Assembly: GCF_963921235.1 (NCBI RefSeq)
Contig: NC_086109.1
Span: forward strand, 33,294,001-33,358,000
DNA length: 64,000 bases
Source of the DNA: Mobula hypostoma
Lineage: Eukaryota
Reading direction: 5' to 3'
Part shown: positions 39,140 through 52,424 of the stretch, one piece after another
Numbering within the stretch: the stretch's first letter is position 1
Layout: every line of letters begins with the position of its first letter
Made by a program: the position numbers and the translations under genes
The notes under the pieces: model-generated
The model's database searches: none
Told to the model about the DNA's origin: nothing
The model's input: the letters and a program-made list of their open reading frames with translations, nothing else

Positions 39140-40569
39140 TTATTGAATCTACTTTAACCCTAACCTGCAACATTTCCATTCTGTTTATCTACCCTATAGT
39201 CTTTCTTTTTAACTTTGCAGGAATCAAGAATATTGCACTTATTAGCTGTCTTCTCCATATTTCTCCCTTGACTATCCCTATCTTGGCGCCTGAGGGTCAC
39301 ATTCTCACCTTTGGTGCTTAAAGCTGAGGGAGGAACGGTACCTGCAGAAAATTGACCAGCCATTCCCACACTTTGCCATATTTGCTCTCCAGTGAGTACG
39401 TAACCTGCTCTGTTGATGTGATTTCTAGCTTTCATTTTTTCACATTAACAATTTAATCCTAGATGGTGTAGATATCTGTTATCTTGATTTGACTAAGTAA
39501 TCAGGTTTATCTGGATTTCTGATTAATGGTTATTGTTTTTTTTTTGTTTTAGCTATGGAATCATAGTGAATGAGAGCCCTTTGGCCAAGCAAGTCTGCTC
39601 CAGCTATCATTAATCCACTTAAACCAATCCTGCTCTAATCCCATTTTATTCTCACCCCATTCCTTTTAAAAACATGAGATGAAGAGTCCTTGAAAGTGAG
39701 TCCATAGGTTGTGGGAATAGTTCAGTGATAGGGTGAGTAAAGTTGAGTGGGGTTATCCCTACTGGTTCAAGAGCCTGATAGTTGAGGGGTCTTGGCCTGA
39801 AAAGTCGGTTTTTATTCCCCTCCATAGATGGTGTCTGACTTGTTGAGTTTCTCCAGCATTTTGTGTATGTTACTCAAGATTCCAGCTTCTGAAGAATTTA
39901 TTGTTTTCCTTGTCCCCTAATCTTTTCAGTGTCATGGACTGGAGTTTGAGCCTTTCAAAATGTTGATTGGAATCTGATCAACACAATCCTTTGTCTCTTT
40001 GTCCTCACGTGACCCATCACGTTCCCTGTATATTTGGCCAAGGTAAGAATTCTGTTTGGTCATTTCACGTATCTACACAAATATGCATGTTGGGAAATCA
40101 ATCACTGTGTGTGCAAATACCATGGTTAGTTTCCAGGACCACGTGTCAAGTGGCTGCCTGCTATATGATAGCTCAGCTCTGTCTTATGATATCAAAGCCA
40201 ATCACAGCTTGTAAGTATTAATAAAAGATTTAGTTCTCTGAGATTGTCTCTGAGGAAGTTTCTTGGAGGTTGTTTGAACTCGTCTGACTTTGTCTGCTTC
40301 CTACCAATTGGAAAAATATGAGACCTTCCACTTTGATGCTGGTAAAAGACCATGATACAAAGAGATGAACAACTGACACGAGTCAGTTGCTCATCTCTCA
40401 TTTCCACAAGTATAATAGAAGTACACCAATGTTATAATGTGATGCATCACAGAGAATGGCAAACATCTGTAATGGATAATAATGATCAAAGGACTATAAA
40501 TTCATCAACAATTGCTTTAAGTTGGGTTGCAGATCCCTTTTCTCAAGTGCCTTTCTGTTTCTGACTTGT

Positions 40570-41330
40570 TGTCTTAAAGGAAGGAAGAAAGGTTTATGGG
40601 GCATGAAATTGAGTGGAAGAATTCCAAAGCATGATACTTTGTGGACCAAAGAGCAAGGGCATGAATGGTGGAGCAATTAAGTCTAGAGATAATTAGGAGG
40701 ATGGAATTAGAGGAGCAATGATAGGTAAAAGGATTCAGAGTGATGATTATCAGGGAGATTGGCATGAATATAAGCATGGAAGTTTTGAATAACTGTAGGA
40801 TGCTTATCTGAGATCTGACGTAGAGGGCTCTGAGTTGAAAAGAATCTCATATAAGTTAGGCCACTTTGTGTCAGCAGATTTATTAACAGCAGAAGTATGG
40901 GGGTTAGGGGTGCTTTAGAATTGAAACTTCTAGAGATAACAGAGGCGTAGCTTTGAGTTAGAACACAATGTGGAGATGGGCGATGTTACAGATTTAGTCA
41001 CATTTATTGGTGGTGGCTATATGTGATCCAACTCTCATCTCGGCACATTTTAACATAATAATATAGGTCTAGTTCAGACAGCTGCTAGGAAGAGAGAAAA
41101 GAAGTCAAATCTGAGGACAATAACTTCAACCTTTGTACTCATTGAGACCTGGGGGTCGGATAAGCAGTCTGACAAGTTATTGATGTCATTGGAGAGATCA
41201 AGTGAGTGAATTAAAGTTGAGTGCAATCAGCTTACACAATTTTATGTTTTGGATAATATTGCTGAGGAAAAGTACATGGGTGAGAAATAGGAGCAGCTTA
41301 AGAATAGATCACAGAGGATGTATTGCGCAG
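40570..41330 (-). mobile_element. Highly decayed L2-like LINE fragments
   Basis: Purine-rich strand with recognisable L2-type snippets only, and no ORF. Confidence 0.35.
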
Positions 41331-42044
41331 ACAAGGTCAAGTATTAATTACCAGAACATTGAACCTGAAATGGATACTTGCTAGTGCTGCTTGGGGGAAT
41401 GGAGGAAGTGGGGGGAGGGTGAAGGGTTAAACTAAAGTTGCAGGGGAATGGGAGCCAGAGTGCCAGAACAGATAGAGGAGGGGTTATGGAGAGAGATGTT
41501 GTTAAGACCTCAGACAAAGTCAGGAACCAAAAGCTTGAGCATTGTGTTCTGAGCTGTGTATATTTCAATCCAAGATGTATCGCAGGAAAGGCAGATGAGC
41601 TCAGGGCAAGGATCAACACATGGAATTATGATATTGTAGATATTAGTGTAGGAGGGGCAAGACTGGCAGATCAATAAACTGGGGTTGCTTGTTTTAGATG
41701 TGACAGAGTGAGAGGAATTAAAAGGGATGGCATGGTGTTACCACTCAGGGAAAATGTCATGGCAGTGCTCAGTCAGGACAGAGACGAGAACTCGTCCTCT
41801 GAGGCATTATGAGTGTGGCTGAGGAACAATTAAGGTATGACCAAGTTAATGTAGTTATATTATAGACCACCCACCAGTCTGCAGGAATTAAGAGGAACAA
41901 ATCAGTAGAGAGATTGCAGACCGTTACAAGAAACATAAGGTTGATATAATGAGTGATTTTAGCTTTCCACATATTGTCTGGGACTCCTATACTGTAAAAG
42001 GACAAGATGGGAAAGAACTTGTCAAAGAGAATTCCCAATGAGAT

Positions 42045-43590
42045 AGAATCAGAATCCGAATCAGAATCAGGTTTAATATCACTGGAACACGAGGAAATCT
42101 GTAGATGCTGGAAATTCCTGACGAAGGGTCTCGGCCCAAAATGTCGACTGTGCTTCTTCCTATTAATATCACTGGCATATGTTGTGAAATTTGTTAACTT
42201 AGCGGCAATAGTACAATGCAATACATGATAATATGGAAAAAATTAAGTAAATCAGCAAGTATATATGTATATTAAATAGTTAGATTAAAAATAGTACAAA
42301 AAATAATGTTAAAAAAAAGTGATGTAGTGTTCATGGGTTCAATGCCCATTTTGAAATTGGATGGCAAAGGGGAAGAAGCTGTTCCTGAATCACTGAGTGT
42401 GTGCCTTCAGGCTTCTGTACCTCCTTCCTGGTGGTAACAATGGGAAGAGGGCATGTCCTGGGTGATGGGGGTCCTTAATAATGGACGCCGCCTTTCTGAG
42501 GCACCACTCTTTGAAGATGACTTGGATACTATGGAAACTAGTACCCAAGATGAAGCTGATTAATTTTGCAACTTTCTTTAGTTTCTCTTGATCCTGTGCT
42601 GTGGTCCCCTCCATACCAGACAGTGATGCAGTCTGTCAGAATGTTCTCCACAGAATGCTCTGTAGAAGCTTTTGAGGGTTTTAGGTGACAAAGAAAATCT
42701 CCTCAAACTCCTAATAAAATACAGCCGCTGTCTTGCCTTCTTTATATATCGATATGTTGGGACCAGGTTAGATCCTCAGAGATCCTGACACCCAGGAACT
42801 TGATATTGCTCACTCTCTCCATTTCTGATCCATCTATGAGGATTGGTTCATGTTCTCTCGCCTTACTCTTCCTCAAGTCCACAATCAGCTCTTTGGTTTT
42901 ACTGACGTTGAGTGCAAGGTTGTTGCTGTGACACCACTCAACTAGCTGGTATATCTCGCTCCTGTACGCCCTCTCATCTCCACCTGAGAGTCTATCAACA
43001 ATGGTTATATCATCAGCAAATTTATAGATGGCACTTGAGCTAAACTTAGCCATACAGTCACGGGTATAGAGAGAGTAGAGCAGTGGGCTAAGCACACACC
43101 CTGAAAGTTCCCCAGTGTTGATCATCAACGAGGAAAAGATATTATTACGGATCCGTGAAGATCGTAGTCTTTCGGTTAGGAAGTCAAGGATCCAATTGCA
43201 GAGGGAGGTACAGAGGCCCAGGTTCTGTAGCTTATCGATTAGAACTGTAGGAATGATGGTGTTAAATGCTAAGCTATAGTCAACAAACAGCATCCTGATA
43301 TAGGTGTTTGTACTGTCCAGGTGATCTAAGGCCATGTAAGGACCCATTGAGAGTGCATCTACCGTAGACCTATTGTGCTGATAGGCAAATTACAGTGGGT
43401 CCATGTCCTTGCTGAGGCAGGAGTTGACTCTAGCCATAACCAACCTCTCAAAGCATTTTATCACCATAGATGAGAGTGCTACTGGGTGATAGTCATTAAG
43501 GCAGCTCACACTACTCTTCTTGGGCACTGGTATAATTGTTGCTCTTTTTGAAGCAGGTGGGAACTTCTGACCGTAGCAGTACGAGGTTAA
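42045..43590 (-). mobile_element. Rex1/Babar-type LINE, 5'-truncated
   Basis: Minus-strand RT: [61 protein letters not shown]. (GATTCT)n tail. Confidence 0.9.
42086..42162. mobile_element. 77-bp Penelope micro-insertion (inverted tail plus hammerhead core) inside a Rex1 3' UTR
   Basis: TSD TTAATATCACTGG at 42073-42085 and 42163-42175. Contains CTGACGA-agggtctcggccc-AAAAT-GTCGAC. Confidence 0.8.
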
Positions 43591-45433
43591 AAATAAGCAA
43601 GCAGGAACAAATGAGGTACTAATGGAGTATAAGAAATGCAAGAGAACACTTAAGAAAGAAATCAGGAGGGCTAAAAGAAGACATGAGATTGCTCTAGCAG
43701 ACAAGGTGAAGGAGAATCCTAAGGGATTCTACAGATATGTTAAGGGCAAAAGGATTGCAAGGGACAAAATTGGTCCTCTGGAAGATCAATAGAGATGGGG
43801 GAGATCTTGAATGCATTTTTTGAATCTGTATTTACTTGGGAGAAGGATACAGAGTCTATAGAAATGAAGCAAAGCAACAGTGAGGTCACTGACCCTATAG
43901 AGGTTACAGAGGAATAGATGTTTGCTATCTTCAGGCAAGTTATGGTAGACAAATCCACAGGGGCTGACAAAGTGTTCCCTCAGACTCTGTGGGAGGCAAG
44001 TGCAGAAATTGCAGAGGGCCTGGCAGAGATATTGAAATCACCTTTAGTGAGAGGTGGGGTACCAGAGGATTGGAGGATAGCCAATGTTTGTCCCACTGTT
44101 TAAGAAAGGCTTTAAAAATAAACCAGAAAATTATAGGCCAGTGAAATTGACATCAGTGGTGGGATATTTATTGGAAGGTATTCCAAGGGATTGTATATAC
44201 TCTAAGCATTTGGATAGACATGGATTGATAAGCAATAGTCAGCATGGCTTTGTGCATAATTGGTCGTGTCTAACCAATCTTAATAGAGTATTTTGAGCAA
44301 GTTACTAGCAATAATGTTGTAAGTGAACTATAGTATGGCCATTGACAAGATTCCACATGAGAGGTTGGTCAAGAAGTTTTTGCCGCTTGGCATTTAAGAT
44401 GAGGTAATAAATTGGATTAGACATTGGCTTTGTGGGAGAAGTCGGGGAGTGATAGTACATGGTTGCCTCTCTGACTGGGGTTCTGTGACTAGTGCTGTGC
44501 TGCAGGGATCAGTGCTGGGTCCACTGTTGTTTGTCTTCTCTATCAATGATCTGGATAATAATGTGGTTAACTGGATTAGCAAATTTGTGGATGATTGGGA
44601 TGTAGAGGACAGCAAGGAAGACTATCAGAGCTTGCAGTGGGATCTGGACCAATTGGAAAAAATGGCCTGAAAAATGGCAGATGGAATTTAATGCAGATGA
44701 GTGCCAAGTATTGCATTTTGGTAGGACCAACCAGAGTAGGTCTTATACAGTGAACAACAGGGGACCAAGGAATGCTGTAGAACAAAGAGATCTAGGAATA
44801 CAGGTCCATAATTTATGGAAAATGGCATTACAGGTTGATAGGGATGTAAAGAAAATTTTTGGCACATTGGTCTTCATAAATCAAAGTCTTGAGTACAGGA
44901 GCTTGGAATGGTATGTTGAAGTGGTATAAGACACGAGTGAGGCTTAATTTGGAGTATTGTGTGCAGTTTTGATCGCCTACCTACAGGGAAGATGTAAACA
45001 AGGTTGAAAGAGCTTAGGAGGACGATAGCGCCTAACGACAACTCCTTTGGTTGCAACTTTGGAAACAGCTCTATTTCTACCTTTGGTATCTCTTTTTTTT
45101 TCCTTTTCGATGTTCTTTTGAAGACCCTGACCTGGAATTACATGCTGACTTCGGTTCTTTGCAGAAATGGGACCCGCTCTTGGGGCCTCACGAGTGGCCG
45201 CTTTTCAGTATGCATGGCAAAGAGCATTGGTGCCAAAACACAACCTTAGTTTCGTGCCAGTGCTCTTTGCCACCTTTCTTAGCGTGATACTATGAGAAGC
45301 AAAAGAGACAACCTCAGACAGCATCTACTTTCAGTTCCACACTGACAGAAATATTTTCCACCTCCGCCTCTTCTCACCCGAACAAAAATCATGCAAGGGC
45401 CCATTCTTGAGCTACTATATGTGGACAACCGTG

Positions 45434-45782
45434 CTCTTCTCACCAGGGTCAGGAACAGTTATTACCTTTCAACCACACTTCACTTCACTCATCTCAACAC
45501 TGAACTGTTCCCCAAGCAATGGACTCACTTTCAAGGACTCTACTACTTGTGTTCTTATTATTTACTATTTATTTATATACTTACTTACTTATTGTTATTT
45601 GTTTACTTTGTAATTGCACAAGTTGTCTTCTTATGCACATTGGGTGTCCATACGTGTGTGTAGTTTTTCACTGATTCTATTCTGTTTCTTTGTATATATT
45701 GAAAATTCCTGCAAGAAAATGAATCTCAGGTATATATGTTGATGTATTAATTTGATAAGAAACTTACTTTGAACTTTAAACT
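45434..45782 (+). mobile_element. Rex1-type 3' UTR fragment
   Basis: caccagggtcaggaacagttatt... ending in a gatAAGAAActtactttgaacttt tail. Confidence 0.65.
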
Positions 45783-46429
45783 TGGTGAATACTCCTCCGG
45801 CTGACTCCAGCATTTTGGGGAAAAAAGACTTTGGGATTATTCATTTAAAATGTTGGGATATAGGTTATTGGTCCTCAAAAATACATGAGATCAAAATGCA
45901 TATTTAACTCTCATATATCAGATGATGCAGGCATCACACAAGACTTATGCTGTGTTCTCCTTTTAATAATACCACAATCCAGCCAATATTAACCATGATG
46001 CTAAGTACTTATTGCCTCACCTGGAGTCCCATTTCCTTGTACATCTCGCACCAATTAACATGAGACCACACTACTTAAAACACACCTTACTTTCTTAAAG
46101 GGAAGAGTCAGTATGTTTTCAGCAGGCAATTAATGTCATGGTTGAAGGATTTGTGACTTGCAGAAAGCTTTTTGCCCAAAAAAGAGACATTAAAAAATGA
46201 GTACGCAGTTTTCTTCTGGCACGCTGACAGTGGAGATGCGGGCGGATGCTGTTTCCAGAGAGAGTCAGAGACCAGTCAAAAGGCACTCATAGGAGCTATG
46301 TCCCCTGGATGGATTGCCACAACCTCACAGAAGAACTCAAAGTCATTTGAAACACATCAGCATCTGACATGCAAGTGACCAACGACACCTTTAAACGTCG
46401 CACATGGAAATGGTAGGTTGGCTTTTTGG

Positions 46430-47228
46430 CCAAATTTGCAGATCATATTAAGACAGGTGGAACAGTAGCTAGTGTTCAGAAAGCAGTGAGTCTGAAGAAA
46501 GACTTGGACAGATTAGGAGAATGAGCAAAGAATTGTCAGATAGAATGCAGTGCAAGGAAGTGTATAGTCATGTACTTTGGTTGAAAGAATAAAGGCATAG
46601 ACTATTTTCTAAACAGGGAAAAACGTCAGATATTGTGGGTGTAAAGGGACTTAGGAGCTGTAGTGCAGGATTCTATAAAGGTTAACTTGTAGGTAGAGTT
46701 GGTAGTGAGGAATGCAAATGCAGTGTCAGCATTTTAAGCCTCATATCTAAGAAAGAATCTGCTGACATTGGAGAAGGTCCAGAGGAGGTTTACAACAACA
46801 ATCTTGGGAATGAAAGGGTGATTAGCATTTGATGGCACTAGGCCTGTACTTCAGTTTAGAAGAATGAAGGGGGATCTCATTGAAACCTACCTAGTATTGA
46901 AAGACCTAGATAGATTCGAAGTAGAGAGGATGTTTCCAGCAGTGGAGGAGTCTAGGACCAGAGTGCACAGCCTCAGGATATAAGACTGAGATGACCAGAG
47001 ATGAGAATGAATTTCTTTAGCCAGAAGTTGGTGAATCTGTGGAATTGTTTGCCACAGATAGCTGTGGATGCCATTTCAATGGATGTATTTAAAATGGAGG
47101 GTGATAGGTGCATGATTAGTAAAAGCATCAAAAACCAGGGGGAGAAGAAGTTGAGAGGGAAAATGAATCAGCCTCGATCGAATAAGGAACAGACTCAGTG
47201 GCCTAATTCTGCTTGTATGTCTTATGGA
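46430..47228 (+). mobile_element. CR1 3' fragment
   Basis: Similar to 30310-31250 (gggggatctcattgaaacct, gtgaatctgtggaatt), with a ..atgtcttatgg tail. Confidence 0.75.
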
Positions 47229-48059
47229 AAATAGAATGAAGAATCTGGCATGATGCAAGATAGAGAAAACCTTCAAATGTGGTTTTCTACTGGTGATTAA
47301 GCGAATAACTGAAGCTGTCATGATTAAGCATGTGTAATGCACATTTGTTTTGCTGTAGGTTTTGTTTTGAAATTTTACATTTATTTCAAATGGTTCTGTT
47401 TATTATCAGAGAATGTATACAGTATACAACCTGAAATACTTGTCTTTGCAGACATCGAAAAACTTATGATTTATAATTGGGCATTTTTCAAATACAGAAG
47501 GACTAGTGGTTTTGTGAAAGTATTGCTGGTTTGGCAAATGTGTATAGATCTGCTGAAAAAAGACCTTAAACTTTAAAATAAAGCAGTAAAATAAAACAGA
47601 CAAACCATCTAATAGCACACCCTGTTATGTGATTTAATCCAGGTAAAATCTGCATCAGTGTTGATATAAGCATTTGATCATTTATGGCTGACGCCAATAA
47701 ATTGGACAGGATTTGACATGCTTTTCATTCACTTGTACTTTGTTCTTTTGCAATTCATGTATGAAATGTTACTAGTGAATATGTTTTTCCCCTCAAACTG
47801 CTGAATGCATTGATTTTCAGACATTAAGATCAAATAAGTGCCTTTAAATTATGAAAATCTCTTGTTTTAATCAGTTGTTTTCTTTATGATGATTTGGTGT
47901 GTCGTAACCTATCTGATTTTCTTTGTAAAGTTCATTTTAAAAGAATAAATCTTGTTTTTGTATCATGCCCTGAGACACACTACTCTATTTCAACAGTAGT
48001 TAATCCTGTATTGCTGGAAATTTAACGCTGAATTTGTACATAAGGTTCCTAAGCATTAA

Positions 48060-48369
48060 AGGCATCCATTAGTCTTGCAAGACCATGGATCTGCGCCTGG
48101 AAAGTCTTCACTCTCCAGGGTGCAGGCCTGGGCAAGGTTATATGGAAGACCAGCAGTTGCCCATGCTGCAAGTCTCCCCTCTCCACGACACTGATGTTGT
48201 CCAAGGTAAGGGCATTAGGACCCATACAGCTTGGCACCAGTGTCGTCGCAGAGCAATGTGTGATTAAGTGCCTTGCTCAAGGACCCAACACGTTGCCTTG
48301 GCTGGGGCTCGAACTCACGACCTTCAGTTCGCTAGTCCAATGCTTTAACCACTTGGTCACATGCCCACA
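48060..48369 (-). mobile_element. tRNA-head SINE with CORE-like domain and RTE-type tail
   Basis: On the reverse complement: A box TGACCAAGTGG, B box GAGTTCGAGCC, and CCTTGAGCAAGGCACTTAA. TSD CCTAAGCATTAA at 48048-48059 and 48370-48381. Confidence 0.8.
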
Positions 48370-49558
48370 CCTAAGCATTAAGGTGGGAAATAACACAAAT
48401 ACTGGACTATATTAGATTGATTGCGAGAATGTGTTGGGTGCATATGCAGCTGATTGATTAACTGGGCCTATATCCACAGAGGCACTCCCCTCTGACGCAG
48501 GCTTTTGCATGTACATACTCTTGTTTCAGCTGCTTGGTTCATAGCTCCCACACTGTAAGATCCCTCGTGTGTACCATTACCAATGCACCTCAGTAAAAAC
48601 ATTTAATCATACTACTCCATTGTCATTCTTGCTTTGCACGTACGTAACAAGTGCTTTGGAACTTTTTGGATGATAAACATTACTTTGATGTCTGAATCTC
48701 ATTCACTTCTGCTGAATGCAATACCAAAATTCATTTTAACATATTATCCAAAGAATAAAATCTCTTTGAAGAATTTCATGAGAATTACATTTTAGAACAC
48801 CTCCTATGAGATATATGGGTCACCAAGATGGGTCACAATAATATTCTGTATATTGAGATATCCATTAAGCCGTAGGACTCATTTATTGATTCTCAGTTGA
48901 ATCCAGAATATTATTACATATGGACAATTAATCAGTTGATATCCCAGTATACATCCAGCTTGCATAACCTATTTGATATAAGCTCATCCTCAATCAATAT
49001 ATATATTCAATTCTTTCGCCTGTGTTTGGACCAAAGCTGCATAGTGATCTGGAGTTGAAACCCAGTCTGGGCACTGGTGATCAGGTTATTGGTGAAGAAT
49101 TCCATTTAATAATGATGTCAATGACTCCCTCAATCACTGATGATGTGGACTAATAATTAGCCAGATTGGATTTGTCCAATTCTGCTAATTACCTTGGTAA
49201 TTTTCACATCTTGGGGTAAATGATAGAGTTGAAACAGCATTGGAACAGGTTGGCAGAAGCACATCTAGCTTTCGAGGACCAATTTTCATTGCATAGCTGG
49301 TATGTTGTCTGCTCTGAGAGCCTTTGATCTATGCAGTACTGTCAGCTGTTTATTGACATCATATGGAGTGAATCAAATTTACTAAACACATTTTTCTGTG
49401 AAAATCTCAGGAAGAAGTGTGCTTTATTTTACAGCACAGCACGCAACCTGTTTTATCATTTTCTGTTTATATAGTCTTTATGGTGAAGGTATTCCCAAAA
49501 TTTAACTGAGGAGAGTGTTCCAGGATTTTGAGAAAGCAAAGAAGTCATATGTAGTGAG

Positions 49559-50412
49559 TGTTAAGTAACCAGCAACAATGGATATCAATTGAGACAGGTT
49601 ATATAAAAACAACCAAGCATTTATTAAACACGGATAAACAATAAAAAAAACGAAAAATGGAAGTTAACTGCTATGCGGCCGTTCAACAAATCGTCACTTG
49701 GTACTGGTTCTTAAAGCGATAAATGCGAAAACAGTTCTTAAAGCGGTAAAGTCAAATACAGTTCTTAAGATGGTAGATTTGAAGGTCCAACAGATTTATA
49801 CATTCAATTGGGAGAGACTTCTCTGGAGAAGGATTTCTTCATAGATGCGACTTTCCTGCTGGTTCTGTCCAAAGGATTCACGATGAATGAAATAAACGGC
49901 TTAAAACAACTGACCTTTCTTCTGGCGAGCAAATTCCGCATGAACTACATTGCTCTTTTAGCAGGAGTTATCTTCGATGCAGGTTGCTACTTCTTCAATG
50001 AAGACTCAATAAGGTCGATCCTTTGTTCAACTGCTGAACGTTCCCGACTTCTCTTAATCCTTCATATCCTGTACTTCGATAAAGTCTTCACTCTCCAATA
50101 CTACTGAAAAGGTACATCAACAAATCTAGCAGAAATTGCCAGTCCAGCACTATTGTACCTTGCAATAGAACGTACCACTCCGTTTTAAAAATGAAACTAC
50201 GTCATAAAACAAATACGCAACGGAACGGAGACACTGACGAACGTTCTAGCTGGAAAACGAACCGCGTCACCAGGGGTCTTCCCTTTTATACCCGTGGTGA
50301 ACATGTCATCACATGACCTCACATTGGCAGGAAAATTACATCAGGTGACCTCCAAAAGACCATTACATCATTCTCACAAGAAAGTCACAAGATCTCCTTG
50401 AGGTATGTAACA
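49559..50412 (-). mobile_element. Solo LTR (854 bp)
   Basis: TGTTA...TAACA termini and perfect TSD TGAG (49555-49558, 50413-50416). Minus-strand TATAAAA at 50284-50290 and AATAAA at 49620-49625. Orientation is inferred from these signals. Confidence 0.85.
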
Positions 50413-51825
50413 TGAGATACTGCTAGAGTAGGCCAGGTTAGTAACTGCAGTCGAGTTTGTGGATAGGACCATTATGAATAAGCTCTCTGATGCATGCAAT
50501 AAGTTTGATTATGGTGATTGGCATCAAAAATATTGTTGTTATGTCACAGGGTACATCGCACCACGATTTACATGAAGTATGAAGCTCTGGACAATGTGGA
50601 TCACCTCTGCCACCTCAGCTCACTTATTCTTAGTTTGTTTAACCTTGACAGACAATGATGCTAATATCACATTTGCCAAAGTTACTTCATATACCTACTG
50701 CAACAGATTGCTAACTCCAAATATGAAGGTGTTTGTTTATTAGATTTATATCCTTAGTACAGCTCTGAATAGTGGGCCACATGTTACAAGAATGTCAGTT
50801 CCTTGAACATCTTTTACTTATAACATATTTACATAAATATGTTATATATTTATACACAAATATGAAATTAAACATAAATATAAAAATAAATCTTCCATTT
50901 ATGGTGACTCAAAAGAATATTTGAAATCACCTGACGAAGAGATTCTTCGGAGGACTGGCCTATAGACAATGTCATCACACTGGATTCTCCAGGACTTGTG
51001 ATCTGGAACATCAGGATGGCATGCCTCAAGATTGTCTGTCAAATGCTGGGTCCTATGGACAATTCTGTAACCATTTAAGGTTAAGCAAGATCTCAAGAAA
51101 TTGTACATTCCTACCGTCAATTTTGATAATTCTACCCATGATTACCAAACCTGGAGCTGTTGGTTAAAGGCCATTATCGTCACCATGGAGAGCCAACACT
51201 GGCCTTTACTAAAGCCCACAATCAAGCTAAGAGTCAAAATGTGCTCCAGCCTCCATCTATTGAGGAAACTCGTTGGAGCTCTAGCAGTATCTCACTACAC
51301 ATGAATTCTCTGCTGGCTCAAAATCCTGGAACACTCTCCTCAATGGAATGAAAATACTCGCCGCTCATCCATCCATTCCTTCATCACAAAGTTGTCAAAT
51401 GCCATTGACAGACTTGGTTGTGCCAGTTTCACTTGACAACATGGTGGACATCCTCATCATCACAAGTGACTTATTAATTAATTTTTTGTGAAGTTAACAG
51501 TTTAAATTCTTATTTCATTCATTCAGCTAAGTTAGCTTTAAAAAAGAACAAGGTTCTAATGTTTCCATTGACCATTGTCTTTTGTAGAAATTGTGTGCAT
51601 CAGTCTGATTTAGTGCATTAGGTTGCAATGCAATTTAATCGACCTATAGAAAGATACTCCAATGCAAAGCAATACAACAGGAACAAAACTAAATGCTTTC
51701 TTTTAATTTATTTAGGAAGCTAATTGGAAAAGTCCAATCATCTATAGCAAGATAAGTAATAAATCAGATATTTATATTACATTTCATTCTTAACCTATTT
51801 TTTTGTTAAAACCTGCTCCAAATCA

Positions 51826-52290
51826 GAAACACAAGATGTTCTGTGAATGCTGGAAATTTTGAGCAACACACACAAAAGCTTGAAGGAACTCGGCAAGTCA
51901 GGCAGCTTCTATGGAAGGGAATAAACAGTCAGTGTTTCAGTCCAAAACCTGTCATCAGGACTGGAAAGGAAGGGTGCAGAAGGCAGAATGACGAGGTGGG
52001 GGGAGGGGAAGTAGTACATGCTGGCAGGTGATAGGTGAGACTGAGTGAGGGGGGGGTGTGGGTGAATGGTGGGGTGTGTGGTTGAAGTAAGAAGCTGGGA
52101 GGGGATAAATGGAAGAGGTAAATGGCTGAAGAAGAAGGAATCTAATAGGAGAGGACATGGAAGAAAGGAGGGAGGAGAACCAGAGGGAAGGTGATGAGAA
52201 CAAGAAGGGCGAAAGTGTAACCAGTCTATAGATTCCCCTCTAGAGATGCTGCTGGATTTGCTGAGTTCCTCCAGCAATCTGTGTGTATTA
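51826..52290 (-). mobile_element. Older Penelope pLTR with short inverted arm
   Basis: Purine-rich pLTR in reverse complement, decayed hammerhead (cagtc-ctgatga...gaaac on the minus strand), and a terminal inverted arm gatgctgct..ctgagttcctccagca. Confidence 0.7.
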
Positions 52291-52424
52291 CTAATGGCTG
52301 CTGTACATTGATGTACAATTTGTTATATCACGCAGAATAGTAGGAATTTAACTTAAATTTATTAGGATTGGAAATAAGCTTAAATATGAAGTCCATATTA
52401 AAGACCTTATTACAGTGAGATAAA

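Larger units (their letters stand above)
41380..45012 (+). mobile_element. Decayed CR1 LINE split by a Rex1 insertion (42045-43590)
   Basis: APE remnant on the left (KADELRA..NTWNYDIV). RT remnants on the right (ENYRPVKLTSVVG, QHGFV, QGSVLGPLLF..INDLD, KFVDD). Confidence 0.85.

Noticed and set aside
48270-48369. tRNA gene
   Set aside because: The A/B boxes belong to a SINE head with a body, tail and TSD. No complete cloverleaf or terminator.
49808-50107. 99-aa ORF inside the solo LTR
   Set aside because: TTG start, no recognisable motif, and its length is within chance expectation.
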